Source of the DNA: Zygnema circumcarinatum SAG 698-1b
Taxonomy: Eukaryota > Plantae > Zygnematophyceae
Length of the DNA stretch: 64,000 bases
NCBI GenBank assembly: GCA_037447605.1
Contig: CM074817.1
Coordinates: 1,984,001-2,048,000 of the forward strand
Direction: 5' to 3'
Positions 12,593 through 24,174 of the stretch are shown here, one piece after another (position 1 is the stretch's first letter; each line of letters begins with the position of its first letter). Under the pieces are notes generated by a model. The model was not told the DNA's origin. It searched no databases and saw only the letters and a program-made list of their open reading frames with translations. A program made the position numbers and the translations under genes.

Positions 12593-15500
12593 ATGGCAGG
12601 ATGTTTTTTCATTCTTGTTTTAGGGTTGGTGTTGGTGACTGGAGCGTTTTCTACGGGTGAGAAAGAGTTTGTCGCCCCTCAGCCTTCGGAGATAGCGAAG
12701 GGATCTGGGGGTTCCGTGCGCGTCTGGAGTGAAAGTTTCAGTCAGATTCAGGTGCAGCTAACACTAGTTCGAAATGTTATTCCATCCTTCTTTTGTGTTT
12801 CTGCAAATTTTCCTTCCTGGAAGAATAATTTTTTTTTTAACGCTAAAATTATTTGTGAGAGTGATGGGGTGTGGAAATTAAGGACGCCCATCTTGGCGCT
12901 GCAATCATCACCGTAGAGCCACGCTCTCTCGCTCTCCCGGAGTACACTGCCTCTTCCACTCTCGCCTACGTGCTGCGCGGAAAAGCATGCGTCGGCCTGA
13001 TCACCCCTGTCGGCATTCCCACCTCCGTCAGGTCCTCGGCTCCGCTCTCTTCACTCCCACCATCTCAGGCCATGCACGTCCATGCATACACATGCATGTT
13101 GATTCATCTTGCATCATCCATCTCAACTTGTTCTCATGTCTGCGTGTATGCACTTGTCTTACATGACATGGCCATGCATGGTGATGCATGTCACAAAGCC
13201 ATGGCGGCATGGGGGGGGGGGCGTTACAGGCACATCTCGGAGGGCGACGCGTGGGCCATCCCGGGCGGCTGGGTGCGGTGGATTTGGAACTACGACCAGG
13301 TGCAGCCCCTCGCGCTGGTCGCCGTCGCGGACACTTCGTATGGGCCAAAGCGCGGCGCGTACACGCCCTTCCACCTCATTGGCGCGCAGAAGAAGGAGAC
13401 TGGAGGGCTCATTCACGGATTCAGGTCAGTGTTATAGAAGTATTTTTGGAGCAGGGTGGACGAGAATCGTTTGTTTTGTTCGGTTTCAGGTTTGACAATA
13501 ACGCAAAATCGTTGAATTTGCAAGGTCATTGGAAGAGTTGATCTTGTGGGATGTACTGCAGCAAGGAGATTCTCGCGCATGCGTGGAATGTGGAGGAGGA
13601 GGATGTTGAAAAGCTTCTGGCGGGTCAAAAGGAAGCAGGCTTTGTCAAGTTGGAGGTGAAGCCGAACTTGCTGTTTCCCTGTCATGTTATTTTAGTGTCC
13701 GAGTTCTTAACTCGTCATTGAAACATGCTGCATAGATAATTGTGATAGTTTTTATATAATTTGAACATAAGCAGCTACAAATCGTTCAGCCTACTGTTCA
13801 CAATCATAGGCTTCCAGTCTCCAAAATTGCAAAACGGTATACTCTTCAATTAATTCTGAGGTGAGCGTTTCCCTCAAATTCAATGCTGAGCAATATTTGT
13901 GCATATTACGAACCGTTTGCAGGAGGAGCCAGACTTTGTGAAGGCCTTGCAAGAGAACAGTTGGTTTGGCGATTTTGCGTACAATTTGCTTAAGTCTGAG
14001 CCCGAGCTGCGAGTGAAGAACGGAGGGACTCTCTCTCTCCTCAACGCCTTCAAGCTGCCCGTCTTGAAGCAGCTAAATCTCGCCTTGGGATTGATCCGTT
14101 TACAGGTATTGCCACTTCCCCCCTTTGAAATGTAGAAGTTGAAAATGTACTGTATTAGATTCTGATTATGATTTTTCCTGGCAGTGTTTGACCTCATAAT
14201 GGTTATTTTGCTGTGGTGGCGGCAGCCTGGCGCACTGCTCGCCCCTCATTACGTGGCGAATGCTCCGCGTTTCATGTACGTTCTCACGGGAAAGGGACAC
14301 GTGGAAATTGCTCATCCCGATGGACGTGTTGCTCTTCGTACCGATTTACAGGAGGGCGATGCTGTCGTCATCCCCTCGGGCTTCCCTGTTGCGCAGGTGA
14401 AGGAAAATCACTCATTCTCCACTTCGTCACAAAGCTCTTGTACTGTTCCCACTGCATATATGCTTCTCCTCTTTACGAATGTTTGCGCATTCCGACACAC
14501 GGTTTTGTTTTGTTTTCTTGTCAATTTTTTTGTTAAAAAACGTTGACCATAACCCTCACCCTCACCCTCACCCTCACCCTCCCTACCCCTCCCCCCTCCC
14601 CTCCCTCCCCCTCCCCTCCCCTCCCCCTCCCCTCCCCTCCCCCTCCCCCTCCTCCCCTCCTCCCCTCCCCTCCCCTCCCCTCCCCTCCCCTCCCTCCCCC
14701 TCCCCTCCCTCCCCTCCCCCTCCCCTCCCCTCCCCCCTCCCCTCCCCCTCCTCCCCTCCCTCCCCTCCCCTCCTCCTCCCTCCCCTCCCCCCCTCCCCTC
14801 CCCTCCCTCCCCTCCCCTCCCCTCCCCCTCCCCTCCCCTCCCCTCCCTCCCCTCCCCTCACCTCCCACTCCTCCCCCCTCCCCCTCCCCTCCCCCTCCCC
14901 TCCTCCCCTCCCCTCCCCTCCCCCCTCCCCCCTCCCCTCCTCCTCCTCCACTCCCTCCTCCCCCTCCCCTCCCCTCCCCTCCCCCCTCCCCTCCTCCTCC
15001 CCTCCTCCCCTCTCCCTCCCCCTCCCCCTCCTCCCCTCCCCCCTCCCCTCCTCCTCCCCCTCACCCCCTCCCCTCCCCCTCCCCTCCCCCTCCCCTCCCT
15101 CCCCTCCCCCTCCTCCCCTCCCCTCCCTCCCCTCCCCTCCCCTCCCCTCCCCTCCTCCTCCCCTCCCCCTCCTCCCCTCCCCTCCTCCCCCTCCCCTCCC
15201 CTCCCCCTCCCCTCCCCTCCCCTCCCCTCCCTCACCTCCCTCCCCTCCCCTCCCCCTCCTCCCCTCCCCTCCCCCTCCCCTCCCCCTCCCCTCCCCTCCC
15301 CTCCCTCCCCTTCCCCTCCCCTCCCCTCACCCTCACCCTGTGTCTTATCCTCTCCTCGTTGCAGCGTGCCGATGAGAATGAGCCGTTCGAGTTCCTTGTG
15401 TTCGCCGGGTCGTCCCTTCCCGTCCCCGCCTTCCTCGCGGGGGCGAACTCCCTCTACAAGGCGCTGCCCCTCAAGGGGGCCGCCGCCGCCTTCAACGTCG

Positions 15501-15803
15501 ACGACGAGCTCGAACAGAAATTTCGTTCCAGGAGGACTCGCGATGTGGCCATTTTCCCGCCGCGGGGGAAAGAGGGCCACAGTGGGCTCTTTGAGTGGGC
15601 TGTAAATCACATGCCGAGTGGTTTCCAGGTATGCTGGAGTTGTTAAGATGATGCGGTTGGTTAGGTTAAGTGCTTAAAAGATGAGGTTTCTGGTTTTCTG
15701 GGTTTGATTGTGTGCTAATTGTGTGCATGCGGTGAAGGAGGACGCAGAGAAGTCCTTGAAGGAGGAGTTTGGTATTCGCCTGCCTTCAAGTGGTGCAGAT
15801 TAG
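12593..15803 (+). CDS. Legumin-like (11S globulin-related) bicupin A with signal peptide, 8 exons
   Basis: Exons 12593-12751, 12883-13031, 13230-13424, 13562-13655, 13923-14105, 14226-14396, 15365-15628 and ~15738-15803. Motifs GAAIITVEPRSLALPEY, GFSKEILAHAW, KNGGTLSLLN..LP and FLAGANSLYKAL fit the At1g07750/At2g28680-type bicupins. The hydrophobic N-terminus is MAGCFFILVLGLVLVTGAFS. Confidence 0.9.
14545..15340. repeat. ~800-bp almost pure C/T (CCCCT/CCT-type) tract filling intron 6 of bicupin A
   Basis: Read directly. It generates the spurious Pro-rich and Gly-rich ORFs in the track. Confidence 0.95.
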
Positions 15804-17172
15804 AGAATAGCCCCTTCTTTAAGGAGCAGACGCAAAGTCACCGCCTCTGCATGCATGCGGTTGAACGAGTCGTTTTTTGGACAGTTTTGGTCAACTTTCG
15901 GAGCTTTGTAGTTCTTTCCGTTCTAGGGTTCAGCGACAAGTATATTTCTACCGGATGCTTGTACAGTAACGACTGTATAGTACATGGCGGATGGGATTTG
16001 AATTGCGATTTTGAATCCCGACGTTGAGATCGTTTTGCATTTGTTGCTGTGCTTGATGGGTCCTCCCCATGTAATGAACTTGTTTTTTTCGTGTCCACTT
16101 TACATTGCTTGTTTTGAATAAGTTGTGCTGCAAGAAAAGCAAGTGGGGGAATCGCTCGTTTGAGGCAGACGAGTCTTTTTAGTGTTGGGGATAGTCGTAC
16201 ACATGTTCCCTAATGCTCCTGTTGTATGTACATGCATACGCTCCGAAAGGGTCGTGAAAAAATTCCGAATGCTAAGCTTAGAATTGGCGCAAGAAATGTG
16301 TATAGGAGTAAAGTCTTTGCTTACATTGTAGCCAATCAAGCACAAATCATTCATTCATTCATTCATGGACAAATTCAACATGGATAAACCACGAGGAAAG
16401 GTCACAAAGGTCCCAAAGCCGAATGAAAAACCCTACGAGCTGAAATCTGCTCCTATGATAGCCCATCCCTATGCTCACTCTTTTCCCGTGTGCAAACTTG
16501 CAACGCAATGTACTTCAAGACTGGAACAATCTGCAAAGAACCCATCAGCCCTAAAGCCCCACGAGGGCTCTCACTAGCTCCCTAGGCCCATGGCGCGCCA
16601 AGCTTCACCTCACCTCACCTCTCATGTCTCGCCGCCCAACAACAATAACAACATCGAGGAGCGCCGATCGACCGGCCGGCGCGGAAAGCCGTCGTCTTCG
16701 GTAACCGCGGCCGACCGCGCCGACCGATCTCTCGTCAGCACCCTGCCGCGCCACGTGGCAGGCGGTCCCGCGCGGCCTCCAACGGATTCAATTCGCGGCG
16801 ACGGTCGGTCGCGAACGGCCGGTGGCGTCGGTAGTCGTACGGGAAAAAGTTTACACGTGGTGTCGTTTCATTCGTTACCAAATATTTTGCGCGTGTGTCA
16901 GAGAATTTTCATTCGCTCCGGGCGGCCCGCGGCTCCCTGCTCTGCTCGCCGCGGAGGGCCCTCGGCCACAGCGCGCCGAGCGCGATCGGCGGCCGCCGCG
17001 GACATAATATGAAGGCGGCCGCGCGGGAAAGGAGAGAGAGGGAAGGCGAGTGAGAGAGGGAAGGAGGGAGAGAGAGAGAGAGGGAGGGAGAGTGAGAGAG
17101 GTAGGAAGGGGGAGAGATAGAGGAAGGGAGGGAGGGAGGGAGGGAGGCCGCCACCCATTCGTATCATCCGCC

Positions 17173-18604
17173 ATGGATTCTGCACTTCTGCAGCTGCTTA
17201 TTCTCCTCTCGGTTTCCGTGTGCAGGTGAGGTTGACATTAATGTTGGGGAGATGAGAGAAAAATCGAGAGGGAGGGATCAATTTCATATTACGCAATAGT
17301 ATTTTTTTTTATTAAATCATAAGTTTCTGACAAGTATTCCCTACTCCCTGCAGCAGCCATGGCCGGGGAATTCCTGCTGAAATTCCGCAGCGTCTGCTGA
17401 ACGCCACTCTCGCCAACCAAGTCGTCCGCGCTACCGCCACCACGCCGACAATTGTATTCGACGCTGGCGACCCTGCAAGTGTGCACATTTCGGGCAGCTC
17501 TGTCACGATCACTCTCACGCAAACCTCCAGTAAGCAGCCCTCCCTGCCTCCTCTCCGCCAGAGAGAGAGAGAAAGAGAGAGGGGGAAGAGTGAAGCTTGG
17601 AAAGTATCATCATGCACAGAGAGGGGAGAGAGAAGAGCAGCAGAGTTGAATGCAATGTGAAGCTTTCTTTGACGTGGAATGTATGGGAGGGTGCCAGCTG
17701 GAAGGACCCGCACGAGCGTGAGGTACCCGCCCGGGACCACTCTCTCTGCGAGCGTGAAGTGCCCCGCAGGGGATACAAGGTGAGAGAGACTGTATGACTA
17801 TTTACTGGTGTGGGGAAATCTTACGAATGTTGAAAAGGTATGTTAAGCGTGATTGGTTTAGGTTATGCGTTGTTTCATTCACTACTGAGCGGGCCCACCT
17901 GTCTTTGCAGCGGCTTGGTATCGTCGCTATACCTTTCTTACTTGGAGGGGAGCAAGCAGGACGAGATAGACTTCGAGTGGTTGGGGAATGCTAAAACTTC
18001 CGTACAGCTCAACTACTATGTCAATGGGTAGGCCAAACCTCATCCTCCTCCCTCCCACTCTCGGCTCTCGGCCTCCTCTCACTCTGCTTCCATCTGCCCT
18101 TCCCCATCATTTCCTTGGGTTGCCGTTGGGCTGCAGGGTGGGGGGCCATGAGAAGATTGTGCCTCTCGGCTTCGACTGCTCCGCAGCATTTCACACATAC
18201 ACCATCTACTACGGCACGGACCGGCTCACGTGAGACTTCCCCCCTGCACCAGTGTGAAGAGGGAGGTGGAGTGGGAGTGGGAGAGGAGAGGGAGAGGAGA
18301 GGGAGAGGAGAGGGAGAAGAGAGGAGGAGAGAGAGAGAGAGAGAAAGAGGAGAGAGATAGAGGGCAGCAATGGAGGATAGGCTGATTGAAGCCGTATTGG
18401 AAGGGAGGGTGCAGGTGGTGGGTTGACGGCAAGCAGGTGTACCAGGTGATGGCGGTAACGGGACAGCCCTTCCCGACGCAGTCAATGTATTTCTATGAGA
18501 GCATCTGGGATGCCTCCGCCATCAATGGCGGGAGCTGGGCAGGCACGGCCAAGTGGACGGCGCCATCCTACACGGTGTCATACAATAGCTTTTCCGCGAC
18601 TTGA
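17173..18604 (+). CDS. GH16 endoglucanase of EG16 type (XTH-related, lacking the XET_C extension), 236 aa, with signal peptide
   Basis: Exons 17173-17225, 17354-17529, 17698-17779, 17911-18027, 18137-18229 and 18415-18604 join in phase (711 nt). It has the catalytic motif DEIDFEWLG and the EG16-like motifs KCPAGDTSG, YLSYLEG, LGFDCS and SIWDAS. Confidence 0.88.
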
Positions 18605-19159
18605 TCGCTCTATTTATTTCGGCATTCTTTTGTGCGATGCAGGTCGTGAGGTGCAGCATGCTCCTTGGCAAGGCGGAATCAGTGATAGTTCTTTGGGGTG
18701 ACTTAGCTTCTCGGGCTTTGTAAATCTTTAATAATTTGTCGTGGGCAACAGGCAGGATAAGCTTCAGAGGGATGCTCCGTGTTGTACAAGTATTTATGTA
18801 AAAACGAAACAAATGGACATGGCTGGTCTATCCCTTACAATGTCGATGTCCTTCTTATGTGTATTCCAGTGGTTTTNNNNNNNNNNGAAGGTGTAGGCTT
18901 TAAGATTTAAGTTTAAAGTTTAGGGTTTTGCCTTTCACGACGAAGTGCGGACGTGTCTTCCAACGATTGGCCGGTTCTAAACCCTACACATGTGGACCCC
19001 ACATCCCCCACATCACGGTACGGTGCTTTGAACACCAGTTGCTATTCGCTGTTTGAGTTTGAGTTTGAGTTTCAGTTGAAGTTCAATGAATTCATTCCCC
19101 ATCGAAGTGCATCGGATACGACAACCTCGCCCGCCCGAAGGCCCCAAACGCCGCCCCGC

Positions 19160-19310
19160 CACTGCTGCCACGTCACGCGCCGTACGCCAACGACCTGCCA
19201 TCCCGGCTGCCACATGGCACGTTCTCCGGCAACCAACGAGCCCGCCAAGTGCCACGTAAGACTCCCATTGGTCCACGTAGGCACAGTTTGCATGAGCGAC
19301 CACGACGTCG
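19160..19310 (+). promoter_or_regulatory. ABRE-like cluster upstream of bicupin B
   Basis: ctgccacgtca, ctgccacatggcacgtt, gtgccacgtaag, gtccacgtagg and one reverse RY (ttgcatga). Confidence 0.5.
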
Positions 19311-19543
19311 CCGTTCCGCGGAACGGCGAACCGACTTTTCCGCCAAGTTCAGAAGTGCCCCCCCGTTCCGCGGAACGGGTGTCCGTTAGCGAAGGGCCCG
19401 ACCACCCGGGATCGTATATGTGCAGCGCTTCCCGGCGAGCAGGAGGGAGTTAAAGCGGGCAGAGAGGGAGAGAGAAAGAGTGGGAGACTGAGGGAGTGAA
19501 AGAGAGGGAGAGAAAGAGAGAGATAGAAAGAGAGAGAGGAGAA

Positions 19544-20582
19544 ATGGCGCGCAGTATGACCCTCTTGGTTGTAGGATTGGCCCTGGTGGCGGGCGCACGG
19601 GCATTGGGGGAGAGCGAGTTTGTGGCGCCGCAGCCTTCAGAGGTCGTGAAGGCTCCGGGGGGGTCTGTGCGCATTTGGAGCGAGAGTTTCCGCCAGATTC
19701 AGGTGAGGAGATTGGTTTCCTTTGCTTACCTTATTGAAGGAATTAGATTGTTTTTGTTTGAGCGGATGTCTAGGTGGGTCAGCGTCAACAGAGTCAACAC
19801 GTGATGGCGTGGGTTGGTTTTTCTGTGTAGAAATGTTGGGAATAATTTAAAATATTGCAAAAATTCTCGTGTGAAGCACGATATCATGATTGTGACGCAT
19901 GGACCAATGTGATGGCATGTGAATCTAACGATGAGTGGGCATTCTCTGCGAATGTTTTTGGTTGTGTTTCCGAATTGATCTGAACTGAGGTGATGCGCAT
20001 GCTGATATTACTTGCGCTGTGCGTGCGATCCAGGACGCTCATCTCGGTGCCGCCATCATCACAGTGGAGCCGCGCTCCCTCGCCCTCCCGCAGTACACCG
20101 ACTCGCCCACTCTCGTCTACGTCCTCAGCGGCAGAGCGCGCGTCGGCCTCATCACCCCCGTCGGCATTCCCACCTCCGTCAGGTGCTCCTCCCCATAGTC
20201 CCTCCATCTCACTCCATGCACGGCCATGCATCGCCATGCATCGCCATGCATCTGTTGCAAATGAGACATTTTCATGTCGTCGTATATATATTTGTCTTTT
20301 AGCTTTTATAAAATCTTGTCTTTTGTGGCCATGTGCTTTACACCTGGCTGCTGCCCCCTGCTCAGGCTAGATCTATGCTGCCACTTATTTTTGTCGCTTA
20401 GGACACTGTACAAGCACCCTCACTTAATAGACACTTCCTTCTTGTGTCATTTGTTCTCCTCACTCTTCGTGTGCATGCAATGTCTATTCCTTCCATCTCA
20501 ATGGCATCCTCGTCAACGTGTTCCTGCACTCTTGTCCATGCGTGAACTTCAAGATCATGGCCATGCATACACATGCATGTTC

Positions 20583-20613
<31 letters not shown>

Positions 20614-22670
20614 ATCATCCATCTCAACTTGTTCGCATATCTGCGTGTATGCACTTGTCTTACATGACATGGCCATGCATGGTGATGCATGTCACAAAGC
20701 CATGGCGGCATGGGGGGGGGGGCGTTACAGGCACATCTCGGAGGGCGACGCGTGGGCCATCCCGGCCGGCTGGGTGCGGTGGATTTGGAACTACGACCAG
20801 GTGCAGCCCCTCGCGCTGGTCGCCGTCGCGGACACTTCGTATGGGCCAAAGCGCGGCGCGTACACGCCCTTCCACCTCATTGGCGCGCAGAGGAAGGGGA
20901 CGGGGGGGGTTATCCATGGCTTCAGGTCAGTGTTATAGAAGTTTTTTCTTATTGGGATGGAGAGAGAGGGGGGGGGAGAGGGAGAGAGGGAGGGAGAGGG
21001 AGGGGGAGAAGGAGAGAGGGAGAGGGAGAGAGGGAGGGGGAGAGGGAGAGAGGGAGGGGGCTAAGGAGAGAAGGAGCGAGGGAGGGGGAGAGGGAGAGAG
21101 GGAGGGGGAGAAGGAGAGAGAGAGGGAGGGGGAGAGGGAGAGAGGGAGGATGTTGGTTAAACATATTGTTCAATCGTGTTGGGTATGCAATGCAGCAAGG
21201 AAATTCTCGCGCACGCGTGGGATGTTGAGGAGGAGGATGTTGAGAAGCTGTTGGAGGGTCAGAAGGACGCAGGCTTCGTGAAGCTGGAGGTGAAAAACGC
21301 ATATTTTTATGTTTCGAATCTGCCCTCGTGTTTTGCTATACTCTGTGTAGCGGATGCTCGAACCATAATCTATGGTACTTTTTTAAAATAAAGCGACGTA
21401 AAAAGGTGGTTCTCCTCTGAGGGGCATACAAACATTTCAGAATTCAGAAGCAAGACGTCTGTGCCATAAAAATTGCTCCAAAGAAGAACTGTGACCTCTG
21501 TTTTGGTCCAAGTGCTGACAAACTTCGCACGTGTGAACTTGCAGAATGAGCCGGAGGGCTTGAAGGGTGCAAAGAGCAACAGTTGGTTCGGAGACTTTGT
21601 GTACAACTTAAGGGAGGGAGAGGAGGAAGTGAGAGTGAAGAACGGAGGGAGCCTCTCTCTCCTCAACGCCTTCAAGCTGCCCATTCTCCGACAGATCGGC
21701 CTCTCCCTCGTTCTTGTTCGCCTGCAGGTAGGCCATCAACTATCGACCATTTGGTTCCATAACCAGCTTTCAGATCTGAGTTCAACAGATCTTCATTCTT
21801 GCTGCATGCAATGTGTGGTGAACATGGGAAGATACGGAATAATTTCTGCTGTCATTGCTTATTTGTTTGTTTGTTTGATTTCATGTGATGATTGTTGGCA
21901 GGCGGGCGGGTTGTTGGCCCCCCACTACACGAGCAATGCTGCTCGCCTTCTTTACGTCACCAAAGGAAAGGGCCGAGTGGAAATTGCCTATCCAGATGGT
22001 CGGGTCGCTTTGCGCACAGACTTGGAGGAGGGAGATGCAGTCATTGTCCCCTCGGGATTCCCTCTCGCAGTGGTGCGTTTATCCAACCACTCATTCCCAT
22101 GCTCCTGCTACAATTTAACCCACCAAACCTCAATTCCAATTCTTCTACTCCAATGCTTATCTTTGTCAACATGTTGGCAATTATGTATGCAGCGAGCTGA
22201 CGAGAACGAGCAGTTTGAATGGGTGAGCTTTGCCGGGTCACCCCTCCCTATTCCTGCCTTCCTTGCGGGGGCAAACTCGCTGTATAAGAGTCTCCCTTTG
22301 GAGTTGAGTTCGGCTGCATTCGGAGTGGAGAGGGAGTTGGAGGAGAAAGTCCGAAATCGGCGACTTAAGGACTTCGCCATTTTCGCTCGCCGAAATGAGA
22401 CCGGCGGAAGGGAGGGGCTCGGAGGCTATGTCAACGTTTTCAAGGTCGGAGGTCGAAGCTTACAGAGTGCTCAATTTGCTGTTTTGGATGTGGGTTTTTG
22501 GGTGCGGGTAATAAGTCATGTGAAACAGGGGGGGGCGTTTGAATGGGAGTCATCTTATGTAGTTTTTATTTAAATTTTTTTCTTTTGTTTTGGTGCAGAA
22601 GTTTATCGAGGACGCTGAAAATGCCATCAAGGACGAGCTTATTCGCCTTCCATCCAACAAGGCCGAGTAG
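19544..22670 (+). CDS. Legumin-like bicupin B with signal peptide; tandem paralog of A, 8 exons
   Basis: Exons 1-3 have the same lengths as in A (159, 149 and 195 nt) and all intron phases match. The last exon, 22599-22670, encodes KFIEDAENAIKDELIRLPSNKAE*. Confidence 0.9.
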
Positions 22671-24174
22671 AGGGAGGAGAGGTTGAAGGGGTACTCGTAA
22701 AGTGTACAATCACGTTCGCACGGTTATGAAAAAAGGGGCGATTTTTGGGTGTCTATACCGAGAGGAAATCTCCTATTGGCCCCAGTTTTGAGAGAATGCT
22801 CGAATTGTACGAAGTGTGTGAGTGTGTGTTTTTTTTTTTTTTATAAGTCGGTTGTAACAGTATTCTCGTGGTTTGAGATTTTAGGCAGTGCTTCAGAAGC
22901 AGAAGAGAGGGCTATCAGGTTTTTTGCGCTTGAGAAAGCTTTGAGTGGCAGGGCCCCGGTTGTATTCCAGCAGCAGGAGGCTTGAAGCTATCTACCCCTG
23001 AAGGGGTTTTTGTGCAATTCAGTTTTTTTCCAAGGCATGTGACTTTCACAATGGGATTTTCTACAACGGTGTTTGCTTGAACCGTTGTCTTTTTGTCCTT
23101 CCCCCTTTTTGAAGACCTCGATGTTTTCGATTTTCGTTCATTGAAGTTGGAAGGTTGTATGAATGGAAAAATGTGATGAAGAGAATGTGACCTCGAAGTC
23201 CTGCAATGAGTACATGGGGCTCGATCCTTTGAAGCTTTCTAGAAGAGCGGTATCTCTCGAGATAGAATGCTTCGATTGGAGAACCTTCACAACCCGCAAA
23301 ATTGTACTATGGGTTCGACTTTAACACAAGGCAGGTGAGAGCAGAGGACGTTTCTGAAGACTTAAGAGAGAGGCAGACCTTCACAGGCAAAAACAAGAGT
23401 GACAAGGCAAGACTCGAATACAGTTGTAAACATTTGCCATAAAACATTCGAAAGCGATGAATTAAATTACAAAAAAGGCTCAGTTGCAGTCTCACGCAAC
23501 TGAAGGGATTACAGAAATCAGAAAGCTACATCTAACCGTCCATTAAATTTTACTGCCATGCTTTTTCCTGCAGAAAGGAACCCCATAAACACTCCTCACT
23601 GCAGTCCCTGCGCCTCCACTTCCTTTGAAACAAGAACAACCAAAAGCAATCCCGACGGGGATCTCAACGCCACAGAGAGGGAGTGGGTCCGTTTCTCCGT
23701 TCTATTCAGGGCAGGGGGAGTGAGATATGTTCAACATCCCTATCTACCTTCCCTCCTTCTCCTGCTACTCTGCCTCTCTGCTTCTGCTAGCTCAATCGGG
23801 AGCAACCTGCATTAGACGAAACAAAACATGTTAAAAGTGGAGACAAGAGCAACAAAGAGAACGAGGTTAACCCACGACGAGCTTAACGTGTGCTCTACTT
23901 TCACCATAAAGAAAGGTCCCATCATGTTGATCATGGGCAGGACATGATCTCAGCAACCAAACTACGATGATGCCCTACAGTCTGCAACAAAAGGTAAAGA
24001 CGTATCTGACAAAACTGGAAAAGGAACATTACGCCTTATTAAGTACTATCTGTTATACTCCAACAAACGTTTATTGAGTCGTAAATGTCACAAGCTTATC
24101 CAGCTCGTTGCCATAGGATATGGGAACTGTGATTTAGCCAGCCAGCTGCCCTCACAAATTTGCTTTGAATGTGG

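Noticed and set aside
14479-15646. Long Pro-rich or Gly/Arg-rich ORFs (extensin-like)
   Set aside because: They are translations of the C/T tract inside bicupin A intron 6; exons on either side join in phase without them.
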